This document shows, piece by piece, positions 18,209 to 26,926 of a stretch of DNA of 51,745 bases (the stretch's first letter is position 1; the number at the start of each line of letters is the position of its first letter). The translations under genes were made by a program, and so were the position numbers. The notes under the pieces are model-generated. The model saw only the letters and a list, made by a program, of their open reading frames with translations, had not been told where the DNA came from and ran no database searches. This DNA is from a virus (lineage: Duplodnaviria; Caudoviricetes): IMG/VR virus record IMGVR_UViG_3300047565_000218, positions 1 through 51,745 of that record; one strand, 5' to 3'.

Positions 18209-19024
18209 ATGTCTAACGGCATTAACGCTCCTTATGGATTGGCAGTTGTTCAATCTCAAATAGGAAACGGCGGAACACAAAAATTAGGTCAATATAATAT
18301 TTACGCTGACCCTAATGGTCAAAATACTCCCGCTACCAGTATCTTTAAAGGTGATATGGTTAAATACACTCCTGCATCAACAGATTTTACTACAAATGGT
18401 TACGGAACTATAGTTGCAGGTCTTACTCCTCAAGTTGGAGCTGGTGCTAAGGTAGTTGTAGGCTTACCAGTAGGGATCTTTATGGGTTGTCAATATACTA
18501 GTGCTCAAACTGGTTATCAGATAAATTCCGATTATTGGCCAGGAGGTACACAAGTAAAAAAAGGTACATCAATTACTGCCTGGGTTAACGATGATCCAGA
18601 AGTAGTATTTAAAATGCAGATTTCTACTTCAACAGATAACACTCCTGTTGCTGCTCAAAACAACGTTGCTCCATCTATATTTCAAAATATATTTCGTGGA
18701 CAAAATGCTCAGGTACAAGTTGGTGGAGTAGTATTTACTAAGCCAGATAATGCATTACCTACTCAAAATCCAGCGACAGGTAATACTTTAACTGGACAAT
18801 CAGCTTATTATCTAGATGGTAGTTCAATAACTTTAGCGAAAGCCAATTCTGGTAATTCTGCTTTTGAAATAAAAATTATCGGATTAGCAGGAACAATACA
18901 GTCTTTGCCAAATCCAACAAACTTAGTTCCAGGCACAAACATGCCTTTTGTTGATGTGTTATGTAAATTTAACGTACATATACACGGATCAGTTGGAACT
19001 CCAGGTGTATTCTTTACGACTTAA
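18209..19024 (+). CDS. Capsid-associated (decoration/cement-like) protein
   Basis: APYGL, SIFKGDMV, VGIFMGCQY, VNDDPEVVF; upstream of capsid gene. Confidence 0.7.
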   Translation: MSNGINAPYGLAVVQSQIGNGGTQKLGQYNIYADPNGQNTPATSIFKGDMVKYTPASTDFTTNGYGTIVAGLTPQVGAGAKVVVGLPVGIFMGCQYTSAQTGYQINSDYWPGGTQVKKGTSITAWVNDDPEVVFKMQISTSTDNTPVAAQNNVAPSIFQNIFRGQNAQVQVGGVVFTKPDNALPTQNPATGNTLTGQSAYYLDGSSITLAKANSGNSAFEIKIIGLAGTIQSLPNPTNLVPGTNMPFVDVLCKFNVHIHGSVGTPGVFFTT

Positions 19025-19029
19025 AGATT

Positions 19030-19143
19030 ATGTCAATAGTTACAACAGGCAATATAAACTCTCTTTTAGAAAAAGGATTATATGTGCCAAAGAAAAAGGT
19101 GGTTAAACAAAAACCGATAAAAAAACCTAAAACTAAAAAATAA
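19030..19143 (+). CDS. 37-aa capsid N-terminus paralogue with Lys-rich tail
   Basis: MSIVTTGNINSLLEKGLYVPKKKVVKQKPIKKPKTKK versus capsid MSIITTGDIPSLLWPGLY. Confidence 0.6.
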   Translation: MSIVTTGNINSLLEKGLYVPKKKVVKQKPIKKPKTKK

Positions 19144-19155
19144 AGGTAATTAATT

Positions 19156-20088
19156 ATGTCTATTATAACAACTGGTGATATTCCAAGTCTGCTTTGGCCA
19201 GGTCTTTATGAGGTAAAATCTCAGTATGATCGGTTTAAGGGCGAATACACTAAAATTTACGAACAATCTAATTCCGTCAAACATACTGAAAGGATGGTTG
19301 ATATTAGAGGAACAGGCTACGCTCTTGAGAAAACCCAAGGTGCTCCTATTAAAATGGATAGCATGGCTGAGCGGTTTATTTATGAATTTGTCCATCGGGA
19401 ATTTGCCCTCGGTTTTCAGATTACTAATATTGCCATGGAAGATGATCTTTATGCCGATCAGTTCTTTAATGGTACAAAATCTCTTACTACTTCCTATGAA
19501 CAAACCAGAGAAGTAGTAGCTATGAATCCTTTTAACCAAGCGTTTAACACATCAGCGGTTCAAGCCAATGGACAACCTCTTTGTTCTCCTGCGCAACCTT
19601 ACGATGGTGGTGTTTATTCTAATCAAGTTGCTTTTACTCCTGGCGGTCCTGTTGTTAATGTCGACTTTAGTGAGGCAGGAGTTGAACAGGCAGTAATTCT
19701 TGCTGGTAAAATGAAAGATCAGGCAGGACTGCTAATTAATGCTCAAATTGATAGATTGTTACTCCCACAAGATTTAATGTTCTCGGGTTGCCGGTTACTT
19801 GAATCTGTATTTAGAACAGGGACTGCTAACAATGACATAAATGCAATTTATAACATGAAAGCTATTCCAAATGGTTATGAAATAAGTCATTTCTTAACAA
19901 GTCCTAGTAACTGGTTTGGATTAACTAACGTTAAGGGAACACGTAAACATTTTGTAAGGCGCCCACTTAAAGTAAACGTAACAACCGATCCCGTAACTGA
20001 CACCATGTCAGTACTTGCATCTGGTCGTTATTCTTTTGGTATGTTTACTCCTCTTGGGGTAATTGGTGCAACAGGATCAACCGCTTAA
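19156..20088 (+). CDS. Major capsid protein
   Basis: LLWPGL, FALGFQIT..MEDDLY, RTGTANNDINA, RYSFG motifs; 310 aa. Confidence 0.9.
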   Translation: MSIITTGDIPSLLWPGLYEVKSQYDRFKGEYTKIYEQSNSVKHTERMVDIRGTGYALEKTQGAPIKMDSMAERFIYEFVHREFALGFQITNIAMEDDLYADQFFNGTKSLTTSYEQTREVVAMNPFNQAFNTSAVQANGQPLCSPAQPYDGGVYSNQVAFTPGGPVVNVDFSEAGVEQAVILAGKMKDQAGLLINAQIDRLLLPQDLMFSGCRLLESVFRTGTANNDINAIYNMKAIPNGYEISHFLTSPSNWFGLTNVKGTRKHFVRRPLKVNVTTDPVTDTMSVLASGRYSFGMFTPLGVIGATGSTA

Positions 20089-20116
20089 ATAAATCAATAA
20101 ATTAGGAGAAAATATC

Positions 20117-20317
20117 ATGCAAGAAGAATTAAATAAATTATTAAACGAAGCAGAAGTACAACATGAAAAGCTTGTTGTACTTTATGCGCAAGCAAATGAG
20201 CAGATTAATAAGTTACAATCGGAAAAAGAAAAGGTTGTACAGTTGTTAAGTGCGACTAAAGGAGAAATCCAAAGTTATAAAAAAGTATTAGAAATCGCAA
20301 GTAACGAAAAGGTATAA
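20117..20317 (+). CDS. Small coiled-coil protein
   Basis: AGGAG RBS, heptad pattern. Confidence 0.65.
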   Translation: MQEELNKLLNEAEVQHEKLVVLYAQANEQINKLQSEKEKVVQLLSATKGEIQSYKKVLEIASNEKV

Positions 20318-20319
20318 TC

Positions 20320-20988
20320 ATGTCTCAATTTTATCAGTTTAATTGGCCTGTTCCAGTTACCGATGGAGTAGCTAAAGCTCAAGCTATAACTAAAAATGTT
20401 CCTTTAATATTAAATGGATCTTATGCTAACCAGACTACTGGTACTGTTAATTTTTCGCAGCAGTTTAATATCGTACCGAAAATTACATTAACTTCAACAA
20501 GCAATTTATCTGGTGTTGAATTTTTGATTAATGGCTATCAGAATGGAGTTTTTATTAATGAAACCTTAACTGGGCCAAATAACACAACAGTTTCAAGTAA
20601 CAATTGTTTTGATGTAATACAATCAATAATGCCAAGTGTTGCTGATGCTGATAATATTAAGGTCGGCGTAGCTTCTACTGGGTATTTTCCTATTATCCTG
20701 CTTAATACGGCAAAATCAAATGTATCTTCATTGAGTTATGCTTTAAATATGATAGCAGCAGGAGATAGTGATAAAGATTCTGCAACTTATACAATATATT
20801 TATCGCTGGAAAATACTATAGGAATCGGGAAATACGATGATCTAATCACTAAAGGTATTTTTGCTGAGTGGGAAAATCCTTCTATTGTTTCTCAACTGAT
20901 ACAATCTAGTGATTTAGCACAGAATTTGCTAATTAAGATTAATCCTAATCCAGATGTGAATCTTAAAGCTCAATTCCTGCAATTGTAA
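20320..20988 (+). CDS. Virion structural protein
   Basis: DGVAKAQ..., INETLTGPN..FDVI beta-rich; post-capsid position. Confidence 0.6.
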   Translation: MSQFYQFNWPVPVTDGVAKAQAITKNVPLILNGSYANQTTGTVNFSQQFNIVPKITLTSTSNLSGVEFLINGYQNGVFINETLTGPNNTTVSSNNCFDVIQSIMPSVADADNIKVGVASTGYFPIILLNTAKSNVSSLSYALNMIAAGDSDKDSATYTIYLSLENTIGIGKYDDLITKGIFAEWENPSIVSQLIQSSDLAQNLLIKINPNPDVNLKAQFLQL

Positions 20989-21018
20989 GAGGATGCCACA
21001 AGTAAAAAGGGGTAGGAA

Positions 21019-22089
21019 ATGCCAGCGACTAGTGGAAGTTACAGCTTTAGTAACATAAAAGGAGAGCTGATTATCAGAAAGGCTTATGAGTTAATCGGCA
21101 TGCCTCTTAGCATGGTAACTGCCGAGCAATATAATTCAGCACTTAATATTATCAATTTTATTTTAAGTGATTGGGCTAACTCTAACGTTAATTTATGGAC
21201 ACTAAAGTTAAATCCTGTTTTTTTAACTCCAGGGCAAGCATCCTACCCTTTGCCAAGCAACATTACTAAAATATTTCAGGTATTCTTAAGAAGCAACGTA
21301 AGACAATTAAATGGAACACCGCAATCAAATACTGCAAATACTTATGATGGAAACGGTAAAGGAATTGCTGCTTATGCTTTTGATGGTAATCCACTGACAA
21401 GATGTACACAAGACGTTCAAAACGGCAATATTTCTTATGATTACGGTTTAGGGGTAACAAAGCAAATCAGCATTATCGGCATTCAAAGTTATGTTTCTAA
21501 TCGTCCATATAGCTTAGTTTTAGAAGCATCACAAGATACGGTTACTTGGTTTAATGTCTTTACTCTTCCTGCTTCATATTCATATACGGCTAATATAGTT
21601 GCATGGTTTTATGTACCTGATCCAATTTATGCAAGGGCATATAGAATTAGAGAAACAGGCGGGTACACACTTGATATTGAAGAACTTTATTTTAATAGTA
21701 TAAGCCAGGATACTACCATGAGTGAAGTATCTAGATATGAATATTTAACCTATCCAAATAAATCGCAAATCGGTAGACCTACTATTTACTACGTTGACTA
21801 CCAGCGGACTCCGTCTTTGTATATATGGCAGACTGCTGCTCCAATGTATAATTTAATAATGTATAGCGGTCAAAGTAGTATAGAAACGCTAGAGAATTAC
21901 ACGCAAAGTATTGATATTCCGTCATATTTTTATACTCCTCTAATATATGGGCTAGCCAGCATGCTAGCAGCACAATACGCTCCTGAAAAAGAAGAAGGCT
22001 TAAAAATGAGATATCAGGAAACTTTAAATCCGGCAGTGATTAATAATACAACGGAAGTACCGCTTAAACTGGAGGTATATGGCAACTAG
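21019..22089 (+). CDS. Head-tail adaptor with inserted discoidin/F5-8C-like domain
   Basis: TSGSYSF..WANSNVNLWT..YPNKSQIGRPT frame; insert has AFDGN, LEASQD..W, ARAYRI. Confidence 0.65.
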   Translation: MPATSGSYSFSNIKGELIIRKAYELIGMPLSMVTAEQYNSALNIINFILSDWANSNVNLWTLKLNPVFLTPGQASYPLPSNITKIFQVFLRSNVRQLNGTPQSNTANTYDGNGKGIAAYAFDGNPLTRCTQDVQNGNISYDYGLGVTKQISIIGIQSYVSNRPYSLVLEASQDTVTWFNVFTLPASYSYTANIVAWFYVPDPIYARAYRIRETGGYTLDIEELYFNSISQDTTMSEVSRYEYLTYPNKSQIGRPTIYYVDYQRTPSLYIWQTAAPMYNLIMYSGQSSIETLENYTQSIDIPSYFYTPLIYGLASMLAAQYAPEKEEGLKMRYQETLNPAVINNTTEVPLKLEVYGN

Positions 22090-22516
22090 TTTAAAGAACA
22101 CTCCTGTAAATACTCAACTTGGAGAATACGTTAAAAAGAACGTAATCGAACCCGTTGGAGTTTGTGATTATTCAGGGTTTTTCTTTAGCAGGTCTGATCT
22201 AGTTAAGCAACGTGAATGGCGAGGGAATCAATTAGTCTGGACAGGAGCAATAGTTGGGCGACCTTTTGTTGATGAGCCAAATGAGCAGAATAGGCCACCG
22301 CAAATAAAAGGTGATCCGAAAGCCGTACAAAATCCTCGCCCCTTTGGGATAGAGACACCTCAAGGTCCTGAGGTTAGTGGTAATACTTCGCCGTTAATAC
22401 TAGAAAATGTAAGTTTTACTACCGAAGAAGCTGTACCAAATTTACCTGATTTTGCAGGAGAAGATATCAGTGGAATAAGTGCTGATGCACGTTTGAAACT
22501 GCTGGAGAATATTTAA
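22079..22516 (+). CDS. Neck-region hypothetical protein
   Basis: GVCDYSGF, DPKAVQNPRP motifs; coupled ORF. Confidence 0.65.
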   Translation: MATSLKNTPVNTQLGEYVKKNVIEPVGVCDYSGFFFSRSDLVKQREWRGNQLVWTGAIVGRPFVDEPNEQNRPPQIKGDPKAVQNPRPFGIETPQGPEVSGNTSPLILENVSFTTEEAVPNLPDFAGEDISGISADARLKLLENI

Positions 22517-25227
22517 TGGCCGACAATTTTAATCCTGGGTTTGACAGAGAAAAAAAAGCTTTTATAGATTTAGCTAATAGAGGTGAAGGACTCGCTCCAA
22601 TTAACTATTTATTTGCCGATGAAGCTAATTTTGAAAGTGTGCTGGCTTCTTATGTAACAGGAGGAATGTTTGATGTTAATATGCTCTACGCTACTGCTAT
22701 CGAAGCAAAAAATATTATTACTACAACAATAACAGCTGATACAGCTTATATTGATACAATTTATGTCAATAAAATTGAAATAAAAAAAGCTTATGTTGAT
22801 TATCTGTACGCTGATCATGTCATGATTTACGATGATTTAACAGTAGGAAAAGATGATAGAGCCGATGCTATCTTTTATACTAGTGAGTTTAAAGTAGATT
22901 CTGGGGTTGTCCATTTTGATACAATGAATACATCACATATAGGCGATATAGTTGATTTTTCAATTAAGTCGAATAGGTTTGATTTACTAACGACTACTTT
23001 TGTGGGGATAGAATCACCAGCGATAACTTTAGGATCTGAAGCTCTTTTACTATCAGCTCCGTTCGGAACTTTGTCGATTAATGCTCCTATAATATCAATT
23101 AATGTTCTTGAATCTACAGTAGTGCCTACTGGAATTATAACTATGTATAGTGGTGGAGGTATTACAATTTCCTCTCCTATTATAAGCATAGGAAGTGGGA
23201 GTGCTCTACCTCTAGCTCGTCCTCGTCTGTTAGAACTTTATTCTCAGGGGATAATAAATATCGATGCTCGTAATCTAATAAGTATCGTATCAAATGATGT
23301 AACTAACATTCGTGCTATGACATCTCTGTCTTTAACATCAGCTGCTACTATAGAGATTCTAGGTGATGAACTAATAACAATAGAGGCTGAAGAAGGGGTA
23401 ATAAATATTAGAGCACCAGAAACGAGTATTACCGGTACTGAAATATTAAATCTGCTATCGCCTCTAGAGATACACATAGGATCTCCTGAGACAGAAATAC
23501 TAACAGCTAGAGCAGTAACAACGACTATTACTGCTACTACAGTATTAAATCTGCTATCGTCTCTAGATATAAAGATAGAAGCTCCACAAGGAACAATAAC
23601 AGCTACATCCCTACTAACAACTATTACTGGTACTGAAATATTAAGGCTACTATCGCCTCTAGAGATACACATAGGATCTCCTGAGACAGAAATACTAACG
23701 GCTAGCGCAGCAACAACATCTATCACTGGTACTACGCTATTAAATCTATTGTCAGATACAGAGCTAAATATTCGTTCTAACGCCGCACTAACAGCTAGAG
23801 GAGTAACAACAACTATTACTGGTACTACATTATTAAATCTATTGTCAGATGTAGATGTTAGAATAAGATCAGATACAAATGTAAGCGCTATAGCACCATA
23901 TACATCTATCACCGGTACTACCTCATTAAGTCTAACATCAGAGACAAGAATAACAGCTACAACACCAGAAATGAATATTACCGGAAATGATTTGTTAAGT
24001 TTGAGGTCGGTAAAGGAAATAAATGTTCAAGCAGCAAAAGTAAATATCGGTGGTAATTATATATTGTTAAGAGCCGTCCAAGCAATAGCTATAGATTCTG
24101 ATCAGAACTTGTCTGTTAGAGGACAAAATGCACTTATCACTGGGACTGATTTGTTAGGTTTTAAATCAGAGGGGAAAATAACGGGTACTGCTCCAGAGAT
24201 AAATATTACTGGTACTGATTTGTTATCTCTAAACTCAGAGACAGAGATAAAAGCTACAGCAGCAGAAACATCTATTACCGGTACTACGCTATTGGAACTG
24301 TTATCAACGGCAGAGATAAAAGCTAGAGCAACCAGAACATCTATAACGGGTACTGATTTGTTAAATCTATTGTCAGATGGAGAGATAAACTTAACATCTG
24401 AAGCAAGAATAAATGCTAGAGCTGGTACGGAATTACATCTAGACGGAAGTGAGCTGATAAGCATAGCAACTGCCGAGGCATTAAGAGGGGCAGGAAAAAC
24501 AATAATTATCGGTGCTACTGAGCTATTAGAGTTGAGATCAACTAAGACAACAACTATTACTGGTACTGAAGTATTAAATCTGAAATCAATTCGAGACATA
24601 AACTTAACATCTGAAGCAAGAATAAATGCTAGAGCTGGTACGGAATTACATCTAGACGGAAGTGAGCTGATAAGCATAGTAACTGCCGAGGCATTAAGAG
24701 GGGCAGGAAAAACAATAAGTATCGGTGCTACTGAGCTATTAGAGTTGAGATCAACTAAGACAACAACTATCACTGGTACTGAAGTATTAAATCTGAAATC
24801 AATTCGAGACATAAACTTAACATCTGAAGCAAGAATAAATGCTAGAGCACCAGAAACGAGTATTACCAGTACTACGGTATTAAATCTGAAATCAGAAGCA
24901 AAGATAAATATTGAGGCTGTTGAAGAAGCTAAGATGCAGGCAGAAAAAGTTAATATTAATGGTTTCACAGAAATTAATATGGATGCAGATAAGGTTAGTA
25001 TAAGGGCTAGGCAGAATATCACTATTGAGTCTATAGATGGTAGAATATCTTTAATCTCTCCAGGCACTTTAGTTCCTAGCATCGAAGTCATGGAAGGAGA
25101 TGGAGATTTAAATTGTGCTGTCGGGCCGGTGGTAGGAGTTATTACTTTTGAATTACCTAATATGGTACAGTGTATAGAAGGCGTTTTAAAAACGGTTGAT
25201 ATTACAGTTGTTTGTCCTGTAGAATAG
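22516..25227 (+). CDS. Long gp5/VgrG-C-like beta-helix repeat protein (putative needle/spike)
   Basis: Hundreds of residues of ~8-aa alternating repeats (TSITGTELLNLxS). Confidence 0.65.
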   Translation: MADNFNPGFDREKKAFIDLANRGEGLAPINYLFADEANFESVLASYVTGGMFDVNMLYATAIEAKNIITTTITADTAYIDTIYVNKIEIKKAYVDYLYADHVMIYDDLTVGKDDRADAIFYTSEFKVDSGVVHFDTMNTSHIGDIVDFSIKSNRFDLLTTTFVGIESPAITLGSEALLLSAPFGTLSINAPIISINVLESTVVPTGIITMYSGGGITISSPIISIGSGSALPLARPRLLELYSQGIINIDARNLISIVSNDVTNIRAMTSLSLTSAATIEILGDELITIEAEEGVINIRAPETSITGTEILNLLSPLEIHIGSPETEILTARAVTTTITATTVLNLLSSLDIKIEAPQGTITATSLLTTITGTEILRLLSPLEIHIGSPETEILTASAATTSITGTTLLNLLSDTELNIRSNAALTARGVTTTITGTTLLNLLSDVDVRIRSDTNVSAIAPYTSITGTTSLSLTSETRITATTPEMNITGNDLLSLRSVKEINVQAAKVNIGGNYILLRAVQAIAIDSDQNLSVRGQNALITGTDLLGFKSEGKITGTAPEINITGTDLLSLNSETEIKATAAETSITGTTLLELLSTAEIKARATRTSITGTDLLNLLSDGEINLTSEARINARAGTELHLDGSELISIATAEALRGAGKTIIIGATELLELRSTKTTTITGTEVLNLKSIRDINLTSEARINARAGTELHLDGSELISIVTAEALRGAGKTISIGATELLELRSTKTTTITGTEVLNLKSIRDINLTSEARINARAPETSITSTTVLNLKSEAKINIEAVEEAKMQAEKVNINGFTEINMDADKVSIRARQNITIESIDGRISLISPGTLVPSIEVMEGDGDLNCAVGPVVGVITFELPNMVQCIEGVLKTVDITVVCPVE
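24385..24848 (+). repeat. 213-bp in-frame tandem repeat (~2.2 copies)
   Basis: ataaacttaacatctgaagcaag at 24385, 24598, 24811. Confidence 0.95.
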
Positions 25228-25237
25228 TTGTTATCCT

Positions 25238-26332
25238 ATGAAAACAATACGTATTTTATCTTTAGATGGTGGTGGTATTAGAGGATTGTTTAGTGCTACA
25301 TTTTTAGAAAGATTTTGCAGTGATGCTGGAATTGATGGTAGTAAATTATGGGACTATTTTGATGTTATTTGTGGAACAAGTATTGGCGGGATAGGTGCTA
25401 TAGCCTATGCATATGGTTTATCTCCTACTAAATTCATTAAATTATTAAAAGATAATGCCGAAGATATTTTTACTATTAGATCAGCAATTTATCCAATCAC
25501 AACTCTTGGTCCTGCAGGACCTACTACTTTAGGGATTGTACTAGCAGCTCCGCTATATGATCCTTATATTTACGATTCAGGACCTCTGCGAAAGGTGATA
25601 AGTTCTATTGTAAAAGATACTAAAATGTTTCAATTAAAAACTAATACTTTAGTAACGGCTGTAGGGTTTCAAGGAGGAACCAAAAGTGATGATCTTGTTT
25701 TTCCTTATGGCGATCTTACAAATAGCCAGTATTATCAATTTTCTAATGTCTCAATTCCTAGTTTTACTAGCGGACAAAATTGTAAATGTGTTGATATTGG
25801 TGTTGCTACAGCTGCGGCACCGGTATTTTTCCCTCCGACTACTATTCCAGGATTACCTTCCAATCCTGATACCCCTACCTATTTTATTGACGGAGGTTTA
25901 TATCAAAATAATCCAACCGCCCTTGGTTATGCATTTTCTAATATGTTATTCCCTGGAGATTTTAAAGTTTGTATTCTTTCAGTCGGTACAGGTTATTCTA
26001 TGCCTGATGTCGAAGTAAGTACATCGTCAGATAATTTAAAAGTAGCTCCTAATAATGGATTAAGTTTACTTGGCAATTGTACGGATTTAACCTTAAATGG
26101 GGCAACAGATGCAGTAGAGCGTCAATTTCAAATCATGTCTCTATATAAAGGTGCAACAAATAATTTATTTTACTATAGATTCCAGCGTTTGCTTAAGGAT
26201 AAAGAATTAAGTAAACTCGATAATCCTACCCCAGAAGCTATAACATATTTACAATCTCAGGCAAACCTTCAATATGCCCAAGATGCCATAAAAATACAGG
26301 CTTTTATTCAAAAGTGTAATTTTTCAAATTAG
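25238..26332 (+). CDS. Patatin-like phospholipase
   Basis: LSLDGGGIRG, GTSIG, AAAPVFFPP, DGG all intact. Confidence 0.95.
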   Translation: MKTIRILSLDGGGIRGLFSATFLERFCSDAGIDGSKLWDYFDVICGTSIGGIGAIAYAYGLSPTKFIKLLKDNAEDIFTIRSAIYPITTLGPAGPTTLGIVLAAPLYDPYIYDSGPLRKVISSIVKDTKMFQLKTNTLVTAVGFQGGTKSDDLVFPYGDLTNSQYYQFSNVSIPSFTSGQNCKCVDIGVATAAAPVFFPPTTIPGLPSNPDTPTYFIDGGLYQNNPTALGYAFSNMLFPGDFKVCILSVGTGYSMPDVEVSTSSDNLKVAPNNGLSLLGNCTDLTLNGATDAVERQFQIMSLYKGATNNLFYYRFQRLLKDKELSKLDNPTPEAITYLQSQANLQYAQDAIKIQAFIQKCNFSN

Positions 26333-26380
26333 CTTAAGTTTTAGATATTATCTGCATTGTTTAAAACAATTTCAAATTAT

Positions 26381-26417
26381 ACGATTTTTCAGAGATGAAA
26401 ATAATCTGTGTTATAAT
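26381..26417 (+). promoter_or_regulatory. Putative late promoter 2
   Basis: ACGA-N22-TGTGTTATAAT. Confidence 0.6.
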
Positions 26418-26436
26418 AAAAGAAAAAGAAAAAATT

Positions 26437-26886
26437 ATGTCAGATTTATCAAATATTACTCAGTTTAGCGGCATTACTATTACTAGCGATCAAACAACCG
26501 GCACTAATAATCCTAACGCTACTTTTACAGTTGCAAATCTTACTCAAGAACAAATTAAGAATCTTCAAAATGTTACTAAGTACCAAATAAATAACACAGG
26601 GAATTTTTATACAGTAAAGCCTGGAACTATGGTTTTTAATATTACTTCTAATGTCTTTCAAATCTTTATTAATGGACAGTGGCAAAATCTATTTTCGGTA
26701 AATACAACTGCTAAGGGATCCGGTCTTACTAACGGAGCACCTCTTGTGTATCCATCAGGTACAGCAGAAAGTGTTGAGGGAAACGATAAGGGTAATGAGG
26801 TGGCAGGATTTACTTATTATGCAACAGATACTAATACTCTAAAATATTACAATGGTACTGCCTGGAAAACAGTTAGTACAGTTTGA
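26437..26886 (+). CDS. Small fibre-related protein
   Basis: Shares ITQxSGxxI and GTMxFN..W motifs with the next gene; ends YYNGTAWK. Confidence 0.6.
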   Translation: MSDLSNITQFSGITITSDQTTGTNNPNATFTVANLTQEQIKNLQNVTKYQINNTGNFYTVKPGTMVFNITSNVFQIFINGQWQNLFSVNTTAKGSGLTNGAPLVYPSGTAESVEGNDKGNEVAGFTYYATDTNTLKYYNGTAWKTVSTV

Positions 26887-26926
26887 TGTTTGATGTAAAT
26901 GTTGAAACAAATCATTAAATATTATC

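Noticed and set aside
19030-19156. Readthrough fusing the mini-ORF to the capsid (same frame)
   Set aside because: Two in-frame TAA stops intervene
22609-25091. Long minus-strand ORFs (222 aa, 329 aa and others)
   Set aside because: Antisense shadows of the repetitive spike gene; no RBS or motifs
25238-26332. CBASS CapV-type defence effector
   Set aside because: No CD-NTase in the window; gene lies inside the virion operon
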